Assembly: GCA_963665275.2 (NCBI GenBank)
Contig: CAXXIN010000003.1
Coordinates: forward strand, 96,001 to 160,000
Length of the DNA stretch: 64,000 nucleotides
Direction: 5' to 3'
DNA from: Negativicutes bacterium
GTDB lineage: Bacteria; Bacillota; Negativicutes; UBA1444
Of this stretch, positions 51,336-61,299 are shown piece by piece (within the stretch, counting starts at the first letter, position 1; each line of letters starts with the position of its first letter). The position numbers were made by a program, and so were the translations under genes. The notes below the pieces were generated by a model, which saw only the letters and a list, made by a program, of their open reading frames with translations, was not told where the DNA came from and searched no databases.

Positions 51336-51533
51336 ATTATTGTCCCCTTTTAAATTAATTTTGTTCCAGCTGTTCCATGTGCTCAACAAGCCTTGATGCG
51401 ATCACTTTGCAAACTATGTCGATATCACCATCTCTTTCCCTTCCGGTATGGATTCGCTTTGAAAATTTGCAATCTATAGCCACACGGCCACCCTTACAAA
51501 TAGCCACAAAATAGAATTATATTAAGTATATTT

Positions 51534-51549
51534 TGTTGTATTAATAACG
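51534..51549. promoter_or_regulatory. Candidate operator resembling the palindrome upstream of the RpiR gene
   Basis: TGTTGTATTAATAACG versus TGTTGTTATCACAACA at 61281. Confidence 0.35.
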
Positions 51550-51596
51550 TCAACACATTATTTGTTGGAGAAATATCTCTGGCGTTATCCCTCAAA

Positions 51597-52394
51597 CTAA
51601 ACGAACATTTCGCCCCGCCAAATTGTTACGGCCTGGCCTGACAGGACCACCCGCTCACCAATCGGGCTGACATGCAAAGATCCGCCCCTGGGCGACAGCT
51701 GGCGGGCCGTCATCGTCTCCTTCATCAAAATCTTTTTCCAATAGGGTCCCAGGCAGCAGTGCGCCGAACCGGTGACCGGATCTTCGTCAATCCCCTCGCC
51801 TGGGTCAAAATAGCGGCAAACATAGTCGTATTCCGATTGATCGGATGGACCGGTCACGATCACGCCACTGGCCGGAAGCACCTTGGCAAGCCGGGCAAAA
51901 TCCGGCTGAAGATCCCGGACCTGCTCGACGGAATCGACAGCAATCAAATAATCCAGGCGGTTTCTGCCAACATAAACAAGTCTGGCAATTCCCAGCGATT
52001 CGGCCAATTGTTCGGGCAACTCGCACGGATAAGGCGCCTCAGACGGCAAGTCGATGTGAAGCCAGTCCGAAGCGCGTATGGCCCTCAGCAATCCGCTCAA
52101 GGTATGAAACCGGATTGGCTCGCTCCTGTCCATTAGTCCCGTTTCATACAACACATGTGCGCTGGCGAGGGTCGCATGCCCGCAGAGTCTGGCTTCCGTC
52201 ACCGGCGTAAACCATCGCAGCGAAAAGCCATCCTCTTGTCGGCAGACAAATGCCGTCTCAGAGGAATTCATTTCGCTGGCCATGTCCTGCATTTTCCGGC
52301 TGGTCCACGGGCTTGACAACAGACAAACAGCTGCTGGATTGCCTTTAAAGGGACCAGCCGTGAATGCATCTACCTGAAAAATGTCGAATCCCAA
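51597..52394 (-). CDS. PhzF-family isomerase/epimerase
   Basis: QVDAF...GNPAAV, SETAF, RWFTP..E..LCGHATLA, EDPVTGSAH. Confidence 0.9.
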   Translation of the reverse strand: MGFDIFQVDAFTAGPFKGNPAAVCLLSSPWTSRKMQDMASEMNSSETAFVCRQEDGFSLRWFTPVTEARLCGHATLASAHVLYETGLMDRSEPIRFHTLSGLLRAIRASDWLHIDLPSEAPYPCELPEQLAESLGIARLVYVGRNRLDYLIAVDSVEQVRDLQPDFARLAKVLPASGVIVTGPSDQSEYDYVCRYFDPGEGIDEDPVTGSAHCCLGPYWKKILMKETMTARQLSPRGGSLHVSPIGERVVLSGQAVTIWRGEMFV

Positions 52395-52408
52395 GTCGTG
52401 CTACCCCT

Positions 52409-53623
52409 TTACAGAGAACATTTTTCGCCGCTTAACAATGCTGTCAGGCCGATGTGCGTCTCCCTGTGATAGCTACCGCAAACACTGCAAGGCGCGTCCG
52501 GATCGACGTAGTGTCCCGGTTCGGTATAAGTCGTGAATACTCCTTCGTAATTTCGCAAAACCACTTTACCAGCGTTCTGCGAAATCATATACTGCGGCAT
52601 CACGGGGATCTTGCCGCCACCACCCGGCGCATCGACGACAAAAGTGGGGACCGCCATACCTGAGGTATGACCGCGGAGATATTCGATGATCTGAATGCCG
52701 GAACTGATGGGGGTCCGAAAATGTCCAATGCCCCGCGACATATCACATTGATAGATATAGTACGGCTTCACCCTGATTTTGAGGAGCATCTGCATCAAGT
52801 GCTTCATCACCTGCGGGCAGTCATTGATCCCACGCAACAGGACAGACTGGTTCCCCAGAGGAATTCCCACATCAGCCAGTTTCGCACAAGCTTCGATAGC
52901 GGCCGGCGTGATTTCGTTCGGGTGATTGAAATGAGTGTTCACATACACCGGATGATATTTCTTGAGAATACGACAAAGGTTCTCCGTAATACGTTGGGGC
53001 ATCACAACCGGTGTCCTGGTGCCGAAGCGGATAATTTCCACATGGTCGATCCGTCGCAATTCCTGCAAAATGTATTCGATTGTCGCATCATCGATGAGAA
53101 AAGCATCACCGCCGGAAAGGATGACATCACGCACGACCGGCGTCTTACGGATATAAGCGATACAGGCGTCGATCTGTTCTCGCGACCTCGAATGATCGCA
53201 AGCCCCCGACAGTCGCCGTCTGGTGCAGTGTCTGCAATACATTGCACACTGGTCCGTCACCAACATCAGTACCCGGTCCGGATAGCGATGGGTCAGCCCG
53301 GGAACAGGCGAGTCCTTGTCTTCATGCAGTGGGTCGGTCATATCGTATTTACCAAACTGCAACTCATTGATGGTTGGCACAGCCTGCTTACGAATTGGGC
53401 AGTCAGGGTTTTGTGTATCGATTAGACTAGCATAATAAGGCGTAATTGCCATCCGCAGGTTGTGCAGACAATGGCCCATTCCTTCTTCTTCTTCCGGTGT
53501 CAGATCAATAACCTGCTTCAATTGCGTCAGCGAAGTTATCCGATTTTCAACCTGCCACTGCCAGTTCTGCCAATCCTTTTCCTCAATATTTTTCCATATG
53601 GCAATATCATGATAATCGCGCAT
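52409..53623 (-). CDS. kamA: L-lysine 2,3-aminomutase
   Basis: THRYPDR, CAMYCRHCTRRR, YQCD, FVVDAPGGGGK (lysine-specific Asp residues and PLP Lys). Confidence 0.95.
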   Translation of the reverse strand: MRDYHDIAIWKNIEEKDWQNWQWQVENRITSLTQLKQVIDLTPEEEEGMGHCLHNLRMAITPYYASLIDTQNPDCPIRKQAVPTINELQFGKYDMTDPLHEDKDSPVPGLTHRYPDRVLMLVTDQCAMYCRHCTRRRLSGACDHSRSREQIDACIAYIRKTPVVRDVILSGGDAFLIDDATIEYILQELRRIDHVEIIRFGTRTPVVMPQRITENLCRILKKYHPVYVNTHFNHPNEITPAAIEACAKLADVGIPLGNQSVLLRGINDCPQVMKHLMQMLLKIRVKPYYIYQCDMSRGIGHFRTPISSGIQIIEYLRGHTSGMAVPTFVVDAPGGGGKIPVMPQYMISQNAGKVVLRNYEGVFTTYTEPGHYVDPDAPCSVCGSYHRETHIGLTALLSGEKCSL

Positions 53624-53701
53624 TGTCCATCTACCTTCTTTACTTTACTGTTTTGCTGCAATAGCCATTCATCCCGCGGATCACAGCTTACAGTCAATCA
53701 T

Positions 53702-53717
53702 TGCAATATCCATGCCA
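53702..53717 (-). promoter_or_regulatory. Sigma54 promoter for kamA-phzF
   Basis: Minus strand TGGCAT-GGATA-TTGCA matches the -24/-12 consensus. Confidence 0.8.
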
Positions 53718-53804
53718 TAGCCGCCGCCGTTTCATCCTGTTGCCAAAATGCCCGCCGTTACTGCGATTACCACATTATCACATTATAAAGCAGTTGCTGA
53801 TTAT

Positions 53805-53839
53805 TGCCCAATATTCGGCAACGGCGCGAAATTTGGGCA
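53805..53839. promoter_or_regulatory. Candidate bEBP upstream activator sites
   Basis: TGCCCAATATTCGGCA and CGCGAAATTTGGGCA about 90-120 bp upstream of the sigma54 site; same motif recurs upstream of kdd. Confidence 0.55.
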
Positions 53840-53862
53840 GTTAAATTTGGGCAGTCGCCTGT

Positions 53863-54678
53863 TTAAACCCTCAACCCCAAAATGGCTCTGGCTTCATTGG
53901 GACTCGCCACCGGACGGCCCAGTTCCCCCGCGATACGCACGATACGCCTTACAAGCTGTGCATTGCTTGTCGCCAAAACATTTTTTGAATAATAGACATT
54001 ATCCTCGAATCCAACCCGGACATGTCCGCCCAGGATAATCGCCATCACCGCCAACGGCAGTTCGCTGCCGCCGATTCCAGCCACGCTCCAGGTGCAGCCG
54101 GGCGGCAAGGATTCAACCATGTGCAGCAGATGTCTCGGCTCACCGGGAATCCCCCCCGGCACACCCATCACGAAGTCAAAATGCAGCGGCAGTTTCAACA
54201 GGCCTTTCTTTACCAGCGTCAGCGCATTGCGAATCATGCCCACGTCGAATACTTCAATTTCCGGTTTCACACCGTATGTCAGCATCGCTTGCGCGAACTT
54301 TTCAATAACCGGCATCGGATTCGCAAAAATTTCGCTGCCGAAATTCACGGTTCCAGTGCTCAATGTCGCCATTTCGGGACGCAGCTCCACCGGTTGAATC
54401 CGTTCCGCCGCACTCATGCTTGCCGCGCCACCCGTAGAAACCTGAACGATCAAATCGCAGCGCTGCTTGATCGCTTCAATTGCCGGTTGGAAATAACGCT
54501 TTTCCTGCGATGCGTTCCCTGCCTCATCTCGTACATGCAGGTGAAAGATGGAGGCCCCTTCCTCTTTGCATTGGAAAGCCTCTTCGGCGATTTCCGGCGA
54601 CGTCAGCGGCAAGGCAGGATTATCCTGCCGCGTCACTTCCGCGCCCACAGGCGCCACCGTAATCATCAGCTTATCCAT
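53863..54678 (-). CDS. kce: 3-keto-5-aminohexanoate cleavage enzyme
   Basis: [26 protein letters not shown]. Confidence 0.92.
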   Translation of the reverse strand: MDKLMITVAPVGAEVTRQDNPALPLTSPEIAEEAFQCKEEGASIFHLHVRDEAGNASQEKRYFQPAIEAIKQRCDLIVQVSTGGAASMSAAERIQPVELRPEMATLSTGTVNFGSEIFANPMPVIEKFAQAMLTYGVKPEIEVFDVGMIRNALTLVKKGLLKLPLHFDFVMGVPGGIPGEPRHLLHMVESLPPGCTWSVAGIGGSELPLAVMAIILGGHVRVGFEDNVYYSKNVLATSNAQLVRRIVRIAGELGRPVASPNEARAILGLRV

Positions 54679-55066
54679 GATGGGCCCTCTTTTGTTTTTC
54701 CACCGGCACCACACAGGTCCCGCTGGCCCGGCAGACGAGCACCGGCTCCGCCAAAACACTGGCAGCCGAATCTTGTGCAGGGTCCTTGTCAAGCGCCACT
54801 ACCTTGACCGCTTCGAATTCCATGCGGCGCGAACTCTTGCCTGTTTTCACGATTTTGCCGCGGGCCTCGATAAAGTCGCCGGCATAAACTGGCGCTTTGA
54901 ATTCCACGTTATCATAGGCCGCGAACAACCCCTCATCCCCATCATGCCGGATCAGCAGCTCAGTCGCCACATCCCCGAACAAGTCCAGCATTCTCGAACC
55001 GTTCACCAAGCCTCCCGCATAGTGGGCATCATGTTCACTCATGCGAATACGGATCATACATTCCAT
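54671..55066 (-). CDS. kal: 3-aminobutyryl-CoA ammonia-lyase
   Basis: [30 protein letters not shown]. Confidence 0.92.
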   Translation of the reverse strand: MECMIRIRMSEHDAHYAGGLVNGSRMLDLFGDVATELLIRHDGDEGLFAAYDNVEFKAPVYAGDFIEARGKIVKTGKSSRRMEFEAVKVVALDKDPAQDSAASVLAEPVLVCRASGTCVVPVEKQKRAHHG

Positions 55067-55093
55067 TGATCTCATCTCCATTTTAATTATTTA

Positions 55094-55843
55094 TTATTGT
55101 GCGCCAGGCGAGCGCTGGATTTCCTGAACGAGGAAAGAGGCCACATGTTCCGCGTAGGTATTGAGGCCGAATCCGGCATCGTATCCCAGCTCTTTCGCCA
55201 GTTCATGGGTGATTCGCGGCCCGCCGACCACCAGAGTCACTTTGTCGCGCAAGCCCTCTGCTTCAAGCATGTCAACCAGCTTGGTCAGGTTGGTGATATG
55301 AATGTTCTTCTGTGTGACCACTTGCGAAATCAGTACGGCATCCGCAGCCAGTTCGTGGATTTTGCGGACGACTTCTTCGCAGGTGATCTGCGCCCCCAAG
55401 TTCACGGCTTCGATCTCGTGATAACTCTCCAGCCCTTTATGTCCATTCAGGCCCTTCATGTTGATGATCGCATCAATGCCCACCGTATGGGCGTCACTCT
55501 CGATACAGGCGCCGATCACCCTGAGTTTGCGGCCTAATGTCTGTGCAATAGCACTGTCAATTTCCGGTTTGGTCAAAACCTTCAATTTCACTTCCGGCAC
55601 CACAATCTTGGTTAGATCGACGGACTTGTGGCAGGCGGCATATACAACAAAGAAACTGAACGCATCACTGATCGCCTCGGCATGCACAACCGCCGGATTT
55701 TCCAGTCCCAGCCCCGCCGCCAGCTGCCGGGCTGCTTCTTTGGCGGATGCCGACATCGCCACAGGCAGGGTAAAGGAAAGTTGCATTACCCCATCACCCA
55801 AAGTATCGCCGTAGGGAACAACTGCCGTTAAATCAACCTTCAT
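55094..55843 (-). CDS. kamE: Lysine 5,6-aminomutase beta subunit
   Basis: PYGDTLGDG, DAHTVGIDAI.NMKG (B12 His, PLP Lys), ELGYDAGFG. Confidence 0.93.
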   Translation of the reverse strand: MKVDLTAVVPYGDTLGDGVMQLSFTLPVAMSASAKEAARQLAAGLGLENPAVVHAEAISDAFSFFVVYAACHKSVDLTKIVVPEVKLKVLTKPEIDSAIAQTLGRKLRVIGACIESDAHTVGIDAIINMKGLNGHKGLESYHEIEAVNLGAQITCEEVVRKIHELAADAVLISQVVTQKNIHITNLTKLVDMLEAEGLRDKVTLVVGGPRITHELAKELGYDAGFGLNTYAEHVASFLVQEIQRSPGAQ

Positions 55844-57399
55844 TCGGACTCACCTCCCTGCAGGATCATGTCAATGAAGGGGTTGAGGTAATCCTGCGCG
55901 CGCACAATCACGCCATCCAGTCCCTTGCCGCCATCCGGCAGGCGTTTAATGTCGGCAAACCAGCCTTTGGCCAGAGCCTCCATCAGGCCGACGTCCGCAA
56001 TCTTTTCCAACAATGCCACGGCTTCGTCCAGCACGGTTCCCGCCCGACGCTGAATGAAGCCGCCCGGACGAAAATCGATTTCGCTGTTCAGGTCGCGCAT
56101 GGTATTGAACACATACTTGGCCGATTCAATGCTGAGGAAACGATCCTGCATCAAGGGGGTGTGCAGCGCCTCCGTCAACATCCCCAGCAGATGAATGCTT
56201 TGTCCGGTCATGGCCGAGCATACGTTGAACAGTGTATCCTGGACATGTCCGCGGAAGATGTTGCCGGTCATAAATTTGGTCGGCGGCATGTACTTGATCG
56301 GGCAATCCGGAAAAATTTCCCGTACCAGCTCTGCATGCGCCAGCTCATATAAGAAACCGTTTTCCAGTTGCGGATCGACTTCGAATGCGTGACCCAGACC
56401 CATCTGATTGGCTTTCATGCCGCAGATCAGCGCGAACTGTTCGTTGATCAAATCGGATGCGATCACCGTATGGGCGCTGTCAACGGCATCAGCCGTGGTG
56501 AGATAATTGTCTTCACCTGTATTGATGATGACGCCGGCATAGCCATTGACCAGGCGGGAAAAGAATTGATCGACAAAAGTCCGCTTCATGTTGATGTCGC
56601 GAAAAATAATCCCATACATGGAATCGTTGAGCATCATGTCCAATCGTTCCCATGCGCCCATCACGGCAATCTCCGGCATGCACAGGCCGGAGCAGTAATT
56701 CGTCAGCTGCACATAACGACCGATTTCGCGGCTCACTTCGTCCAACGCATCGCGCAAAATCCTGAAGTTAGCCTGTGTGGCGTACGTTCCGCCGAAACCG
56801 GTGGTGGTTGGTCCATAAGGAACATAGTCCAGCAGACTCTGTCCCGTGGTGCGGATGACTGCGACGATATCAGCGCCCTGCCGGGCCGCCGCCTGTGCCT
56901 GCACAGCATCTTCATAGACATTACCCGTGGCCACGATCACGTACGACAGCGGCTCGCGCCCTTTGCCCAGTTCTTGGCCCAATTGTTCCCGTTCCTTGCG
57001 CAGGAAACGGATCTTGGACAACGCAGATTCCGCCAAAACCATCGCCAGACCTTGAACATCCTCAGTTTTCCCCTGGGGCAGTTCCGTCAGTTTGACAGCG
57101 CCTCGCGCCACCTCTTCGGCGATTTGCTGCGCAGTCAGATTCATGTTCAGCATACCGCTAACCACCCAGTACATGGCGCCTTTATCCAGAACCCCTTCAC
57201 GCCCGAGTCCATCCACCACTACATTCACCAACGGCACGCCCGCCTCGTCCACCCCGTCAATGCCGAGCAGCCGCAGGACCGCGCGTTCCACGCTGACTGT
57301 AGTATGGGAATCTATATGTCGGCGGACTTGATCCACGATGCTTGCCGCCAGTTTACGACCCTGAGCTATTTTTTCCTGATCCAGGTTAAGCTTTCCCAA
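55840..57399 (-). CDS. kamD: Lysine 5,6-aminomutase alpha subunit
   Basis: YVIVATGN, RTTGQSLLDY, NYCSGLCMPE, INTGEDNY, KYMPPTK; TTG start with GGAGG RBS. Confidence 0.95.
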   Translation of the reverse strand: MGKLNLDQEKIAQGRKLAASIVDQVRRHIDSHTTVSVERAVLRLLGIDGVDEAGVPLVNVVVDGLGREGVLDKGAMYWVVSGMLNMNLTAQQIAEEVARGAVKLTELPQGKTEDVQGLAMVLAESALSKIRFLRKEREQLGQELGKGREPLSYVIVATGNVYEDAVQAQAAARQGADIVAVIRTTGQSLLDYVPYGPTTTGFGGTYATQANFRILRDALDEVSREIGRYVQLTNYCSGLCMPEIAVMGAWERLDMMLNDSMYGIIFRDINMKRTFVDQFFSRLVNGYAGVIINTGEDNYLTTADAVDSAHTVIASDLINEQFALICGMKANQMGLGHAFEVDPQLENGFLYELAHAELVREIFPDCPIKYMPPTKFMTGNIFRGHVQDTLFNVCSAMTGQSIHLLGMLTEALHTPLMQDRFLSIESAKYVFNTMRDLNSEIDFRPGGFIQRRAGTVLDEAVALLEKIADVGLMEALAKGWFADIKRLPDGGKGLDGVIVRAQDYLNPFIDMILQGGESE

Positions 57400-58861
57400 A
57401 ATCCTGTTCCTCCTTTGCAAGGCCTGTGTCAATCAGGCCGTGAATTCGCAGTTTGTATTGAATAGTCTGTCGCGGAATTCCCAGGCAAGTTGCCGCTTTT
57501 GACACATTTCCGCCGCATTGCTCCATCGCCTGCAGCAGGGCCTGTTTTTCCACATTGCGCAGCAGTTCCGGCAAATTCGGGCAAGTTGCCACCGAATAAA
57601 CCGGTTCGCTCACACGCACAGGTTTTGGCGCACGGTAATTGCGCAGGCGTTCAGGCAAATGCTCCAGCTCGATACTATGCCCGGGCGCTACATTCATGGC
57701 ATGTTCGACCGCATGCTGCAGCTCCCGCACATTTCCCGGCCAGGGATATTCCCCGAATATTCGCTGCACATCCTCGCTTACGGTTGTCATATTTCGTCCC
57801 AGACGGGCATTATAATATTTGACAAAGTGCCGCACCAGCTGCGGTACATCGCTTTTGCGTTCCCGCAGGGGCGGAATTTTGAGGGATACCACATTCAGCC
57901 GATAATACAAATCCACCCGCAATTCCTTGTTGCGAACGGCCTCTTCCGGTTCGACATTGGTACAGGCGATGATGCGGGTATCGACCTGCCGCAGGGAACT
58001 CTCCCCCACCCGCCGGAGCGTGCCGTCCTGCAGCACGCGCAGCAGCTTGCTCTGAAGCTCCATCGGCATGGAATTCATTTCATCCAAAAACAACGTACCG
58101 CCGTCAGCCAGTTCGAACAATCCAGGGCGATCCTCCGCGCCGGTGAAGCTGCCTTTGACGGTACCGAATAAGATGCTTTCCAGTAGCGTAGCCGGGAATG
58201 CCGCACAGTTCTGAGCTACGAACGGCTTGTCCTTGCGCGGGGATGCGTTATGAATGGCCTGAACCAACAATTCCTTGCCGACACCGGTTTCCCCCAGCAC
58301 CAACACCGGCGAGGCGGTTCCTGCCACTCGCTGTCCCAACACTTTCAGTTTGACGATCGATTCGTGGCTGCCAACGATGTCGTTGAAGGTATAACGAGCC
58401 TGGCAGCCGGTTTCGTTCTCTTTATTTTTGCCTCGCCCTACACGACGGACGCCCAGCAATTCGGCCTGAAGTTCAGTGACTCGCTCCGCCAGCGACTTGA
58501 TTTTGGTAATATCACGACACATATCGAAGGCGCCGGCCAACACACCGTCATGAAAAAGCGGGTAGGTCGAATACAAAATCGTGGCCGTTTTTCCTGTGCG
58601 GCTGACAATGGTCTGTTGTTGGTTCAGGATCGGCTTCCGGGTTGTCAAAACTTGCAGCAAACTGCTTGTCTCGGGCGTCAGTGAAGGGTAAACCTGCAAA
58701 ACATGTTTCCCCACTACATCCCCAGGATTCAGTCCATCCATTTCGCTTGCCGCATGATTGTAGTAAACGGTGATGCCGTCGCAATCCAAAATATGTACGG
58801 CCTCTTCCATGTTCCCCAGTATCTGGTCGAACCAATCCTTCATGTTTTCCATCTTGGTCAA
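57386..58861 (-). CDS. PAS-domain sigma54-dependent activator (RocR/KamR-like)
   Basis: PAS domain, GETGVGKE, GSFTGA, WPGNVREL, C-terminal Fis HTH. Confidence 0.92.
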   Translation of the reverse strand: MTKMENMKDWFDQILGNMEEAVHILDCDGITVYYNHAASEMDGLNPGDVVGKHVLQVYPSLTPETSSLLQVLTTRKPILNQQQTIVSRTGKTATILYSTYPLFHDGVLAGAFDMCRDITKIKSLAERVTELQAELLGVRRVGRGKNKENETGCQARYTFNDIVGSHESIVKLKVLGQRVAGTASPVLVLGETGVGKELLVQAIHNASPRKDKPFVAQNCAAFPATLLESILFGTVKGSFTGAEDRPGLFELADGGTLFLDEMNSMPMELQSKLLRVLQDGTLRRVGESSLRQVDTRIIACTNVEPEEAVRNKELRVDLYYRLNVVSLKIPPLRERKSDVPQLVRHFVKYYNARLGRNMTTVSEDVQRIFGEYPWPGNVRELQHAVEHAMNVAPGHSIELEHLPERLRNYRAPKPVRVSEPVYSVATCPNLPELLRNVEKQALLQAMEQCGGNVSKAATCLGIPRQTIQYKLRIHGLIDTGLAKEEQDFGKA

Positions 58862-59910
58862 GAGCCAGACACCTCCATCCCGTCCCGTTTCTTCTGCACA
58901 TATTTTAGTTTTCTGGCTACATCCAGCACCGGCAGGGGATACAGCGCCCGCCCCATGGATGCAAGCAGTTGATCTGCGTCCAGTCCGACGCCGCCGGGGC
59001 AGGTTGGATTCACCGTCACGCCCAGCAAATTGATCGGCCGTTCGACTGCAAACTGAATTTTCCTTTGCCGCAGCCGTTGCCACAGTTCCGGCGAAAGAAA
59101 GATCTTGCTGCTATCCTGAAGGATCACCGTTGGCCGGCGATCCGTTTGCAATAATGCCTTCCCAAGGTCTTCCCCCACAGCGCCCTTGACCAGCAACACC
59201 TCAGAGTCTTTCAACACCCGCAGCCACTCCATACAATCAAGCAATGCCGTGGAATAGTTCAGCGTCTCCAGCTTGTCGCCTCTGCAGCGGCTAACGTTCC
59301 CCATGCATTGCCGGGCCATTTCGGCATGATCGCCGCTACACCTTGGCAGCGACAGCTGTTCCACCCGACACCGGGTTGAAAATACCAGCGCGGCTAAATC
59401 ACTGGTTAACGAGGCTCCGCTGGCCAAAACGACTTGATCGCTGATCAACGGATCAGCCGAACTTTGCCTGTCAAAGGCCCCATCGATCAACACGCATTGA
59501 GCCCCATAGCCGACCATTTCTTTCATTACCCTGGCAACTTCACTGTTTTTGCTCGGGCCTGCCAACACGATCTGTTCTTCGTTGCGGGCGCGCAAGATAT
59601 GAATCCTGCCGACCGGCGTGGAAATCTCCGTCTTGCGCAGGCAGTCCCATGAAAATGGGCGCTCGATCAACGTTGCCGCAGTTGCAACAAGGGTTCCCGG
59701 CTTGACCCAAACCGCCGGTTTGGGCAGTCGGGTAAGCGCATCGCGCTTTTCGCCGTCCAAGCCAATGGAAAGCAGCCCGATTGCGTATCCATCGGCCTGC
59801 ACCAATGTGCGCAAATAATTCTGCGTCAATGTTTTACCGGCGTTTTTCGCCATCCCCACAACCGTTAGCCGGGAGGGGGGGGCCGGAAACAAGTTGCTCC
59901 ATTTGTCCAT
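58858..59910 (-). CDS. kamB: Lysine 5,6-aminomutase reactivase small subunit-like protein
   Basis: GMAKNAGKT, SIGLDGE, LIDGAFDR, VTVNP; position within the kam cluster. Confidence 0.75.
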   Translation of the reverse strand: MDKWSNLFPAPPSRLTVVGMAKNAGKTLTQNYLRTLVQADGYAIGLLSIGLDGEKRDALTRLPKPAVWVKPGTLVATAATLIERPFSWDCLRKTEISTPVGRIHILRARNEEQIVLAGPSKNSEVARVMKEMVGYGAQCVLIDGAFDRQSSADPLISDQVVLASGASLTSDLAALVFSTRCRVEQLSLPRCSGDHAEMARQCMGNVSRCRGDKLETLNYSTALLDCMEWLRVLKDSEVLLVKGAVGEDLGKALLQTDRRPTVILQDSSKIFLSPELWQRLRQRKIQFAVERPINLLGVTVNPTCPGGVGLDADQLLASMGRALYPLPVLDVARKLKYVQKKRDGMEVSGS

Positions 59911-59931
59911 GCTTCACCTTATGCGTACAAT

Positions 59932-60972
59932 TTATGCGTACAATTCGTTAAATACCTGCAGCAGCACCGGACATTCACGCACAGTCTGCAACGCAACCGC
60001 CGCATGATTGCGGCAATAGCCGTTACCAATCAGCATGGTTACATCCTTGCCGATGCCCTCAGCGCCGAGCGCCGCGCCGGTAAAACTAGTCGCCATACTG
60101 AAGAAATAAACCGTGCCGCCTTCTTTGGTGGACATGATCGAGGCCATTTCCGTTCCCGGAATATTGACGCAGTTAATGACCACATCAGCCAGCTGTCCGT
60201 CTGTCACGGCGGCCACCGCCTCCATCACCCGCAGGGGGTCCGTCGCATCCGCCTGAATCACCACATCGGCAAAGCCCATCTGACGCATCCGGTCGCAACT
60301 CGCCTTGCCGGAACCCATACCAATGACTTTGCCGGCGATTCCGGCCCTTTTTTTTGCTTCATACAGGCACAGCATGCCCGATTTTCCGCCGCCGCCGACA
60401 ATCATCACCGTTTGCCCCGGCCGAACCAGATGGGCCGTCTGCGCCGGTGCGCCCGCAACATCCAATATCGCCAGCGCCAAGGATGGCGCCATATCTTGCG
60501 GCAGCACGGCAAAAATCCCGCTGCTGAACAAAATGGCCTGCGCCTCAACCTCCACTTGCTCCCGTTCCACGTGAATCGCCTTGATCTTATTGATTTTCAG
60601 CGGTGTCAACGATAAGGAAACCAAGGTTGCAATGCGGTCTCCGACTTTTACCGGAGTTTTCCCCTGCCAATTCGGCCCGATCTGTGCAACTGTGCCCATC
60701 AACATGCCGCCGGAACCGGTTGCCGGATTGTGATGTTTGCCCCGCTCCGCCACGATATCCGTCATGATCGCAGCCATCGCCTCCAGATCTCCCTGGGCCT
60801 GTTTTTTTATCTGGGTAAAACTTGCCGCATCGATATTGAGCGTATCGACGTCAATCAGCAGTTCATTGTCGTAAATTTCCATCGTGTTATCAATTTTCCA
60901 GGCCGGTTGCGGCAAAACGCCCAGCGGCTCCAAAACCCTATGGGTCCCATATTGACAGGCATTTTTTTTCAT
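59932..60972 (-). CDS. kdd: L-erythro-3,5-diaminohexanoate dehydrogenase
   Basis: YGTHRVLEP, NIDAASF, NPATGSGGML, ATLVSLSLTP, GGGGKSG, FFSMATSF. Confidence 0.93.
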   Translation of the reverse strand: MKKNACQYGTHRVLEPLGVLPQPAWKIDNTMEIYDNELLIDVDTLNIDAASFTQIKKQAQGDLEAMAAIMTDIVAERGKHHNPATGSGGMLMGTVAQIGPNWQGKTPVKVGDRIATLVSLSLTPLKINKIKAIHVEREQVEVEAQAILFSSGIFAVLPQDMAPSLALAILDVAGAPAQTAHLVRPGQTVMIVGGGGKSGMLCLYEAKKRAGIAGKVIGMGSGKASCDRMRQMGFADVVIQADATDPLRVMEAVAAVTDGQLADVVINCVNIPGTEMASIMSTKEGGTVYFFSMATSFTGAALGAEGIGKDVTMLIGNGYCRNHAAVALQTVRECPVLLQVFNELYA

Positions 60973-61080
60973 TATTGTCCCTCCCGTTTCAATTGGCTGC
61001 TTCGTTTTTTCCGCATACGTCAGCTTATTTGCGTCCATCTCCCCCAATCATCCCTCGGCGGCGCCCCTTTCCTGCATATA

Positions 61081-61096
61081 TGCAACTTTCGTTCCA
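61081..61096 (-). promoter_or_regulatory. Sigma54 promoter for the kdd-kce operon
   Basis: Minus strand TGGAAC-GAAAG-TTGCA. Confidence 0.75.
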
Positions 61097-61183
61097 CTGT
61101 TGCAAAAAAGACTGCGCCACCGCTAATGATGGGCGGTGCGAAGCATTCAACACTTCACATAAACAATTGGGAGATCGGTCGTG

Positions 61184-61222
61184 TGCCGAAAATTCAGCGG
61201 TCAATATGCCAACATTTGGGCA
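61184..61222. promoter_or_regulatory. Candidate bEBP upstream activator sites
   Basis: TGCCGAAAATTCAGCG and TGCCAACATTTGGGCA about 90-125 bp upstream of the sigma54 site. Confidence 0.55.
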
Positions 61223-61277
61223 GAATAGACTATTTATCGCAATTATATCAATGTTAGATTAATTTCGTCAATTTATT

Positions 61278-61299
61278 TTATGTTGTTATCACAACATAA
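61278..61299. promoter_or_regulatory. Palindromic operator upstream of the RpiR gene
   Basis: TTATGTTGTTATCACAACATAA, near-perfect 22-bp palindrome. Confidence 0.55.

Noticed and set aside
58862-59083. N-terminal extension of the 565-aa activator ORF (likewise the extensions of kce, kamD, kdd, lysA and MBOAT)
   Set aside because: They overlap neighbouring genes or leaders; downstream starts have clear RBSs.
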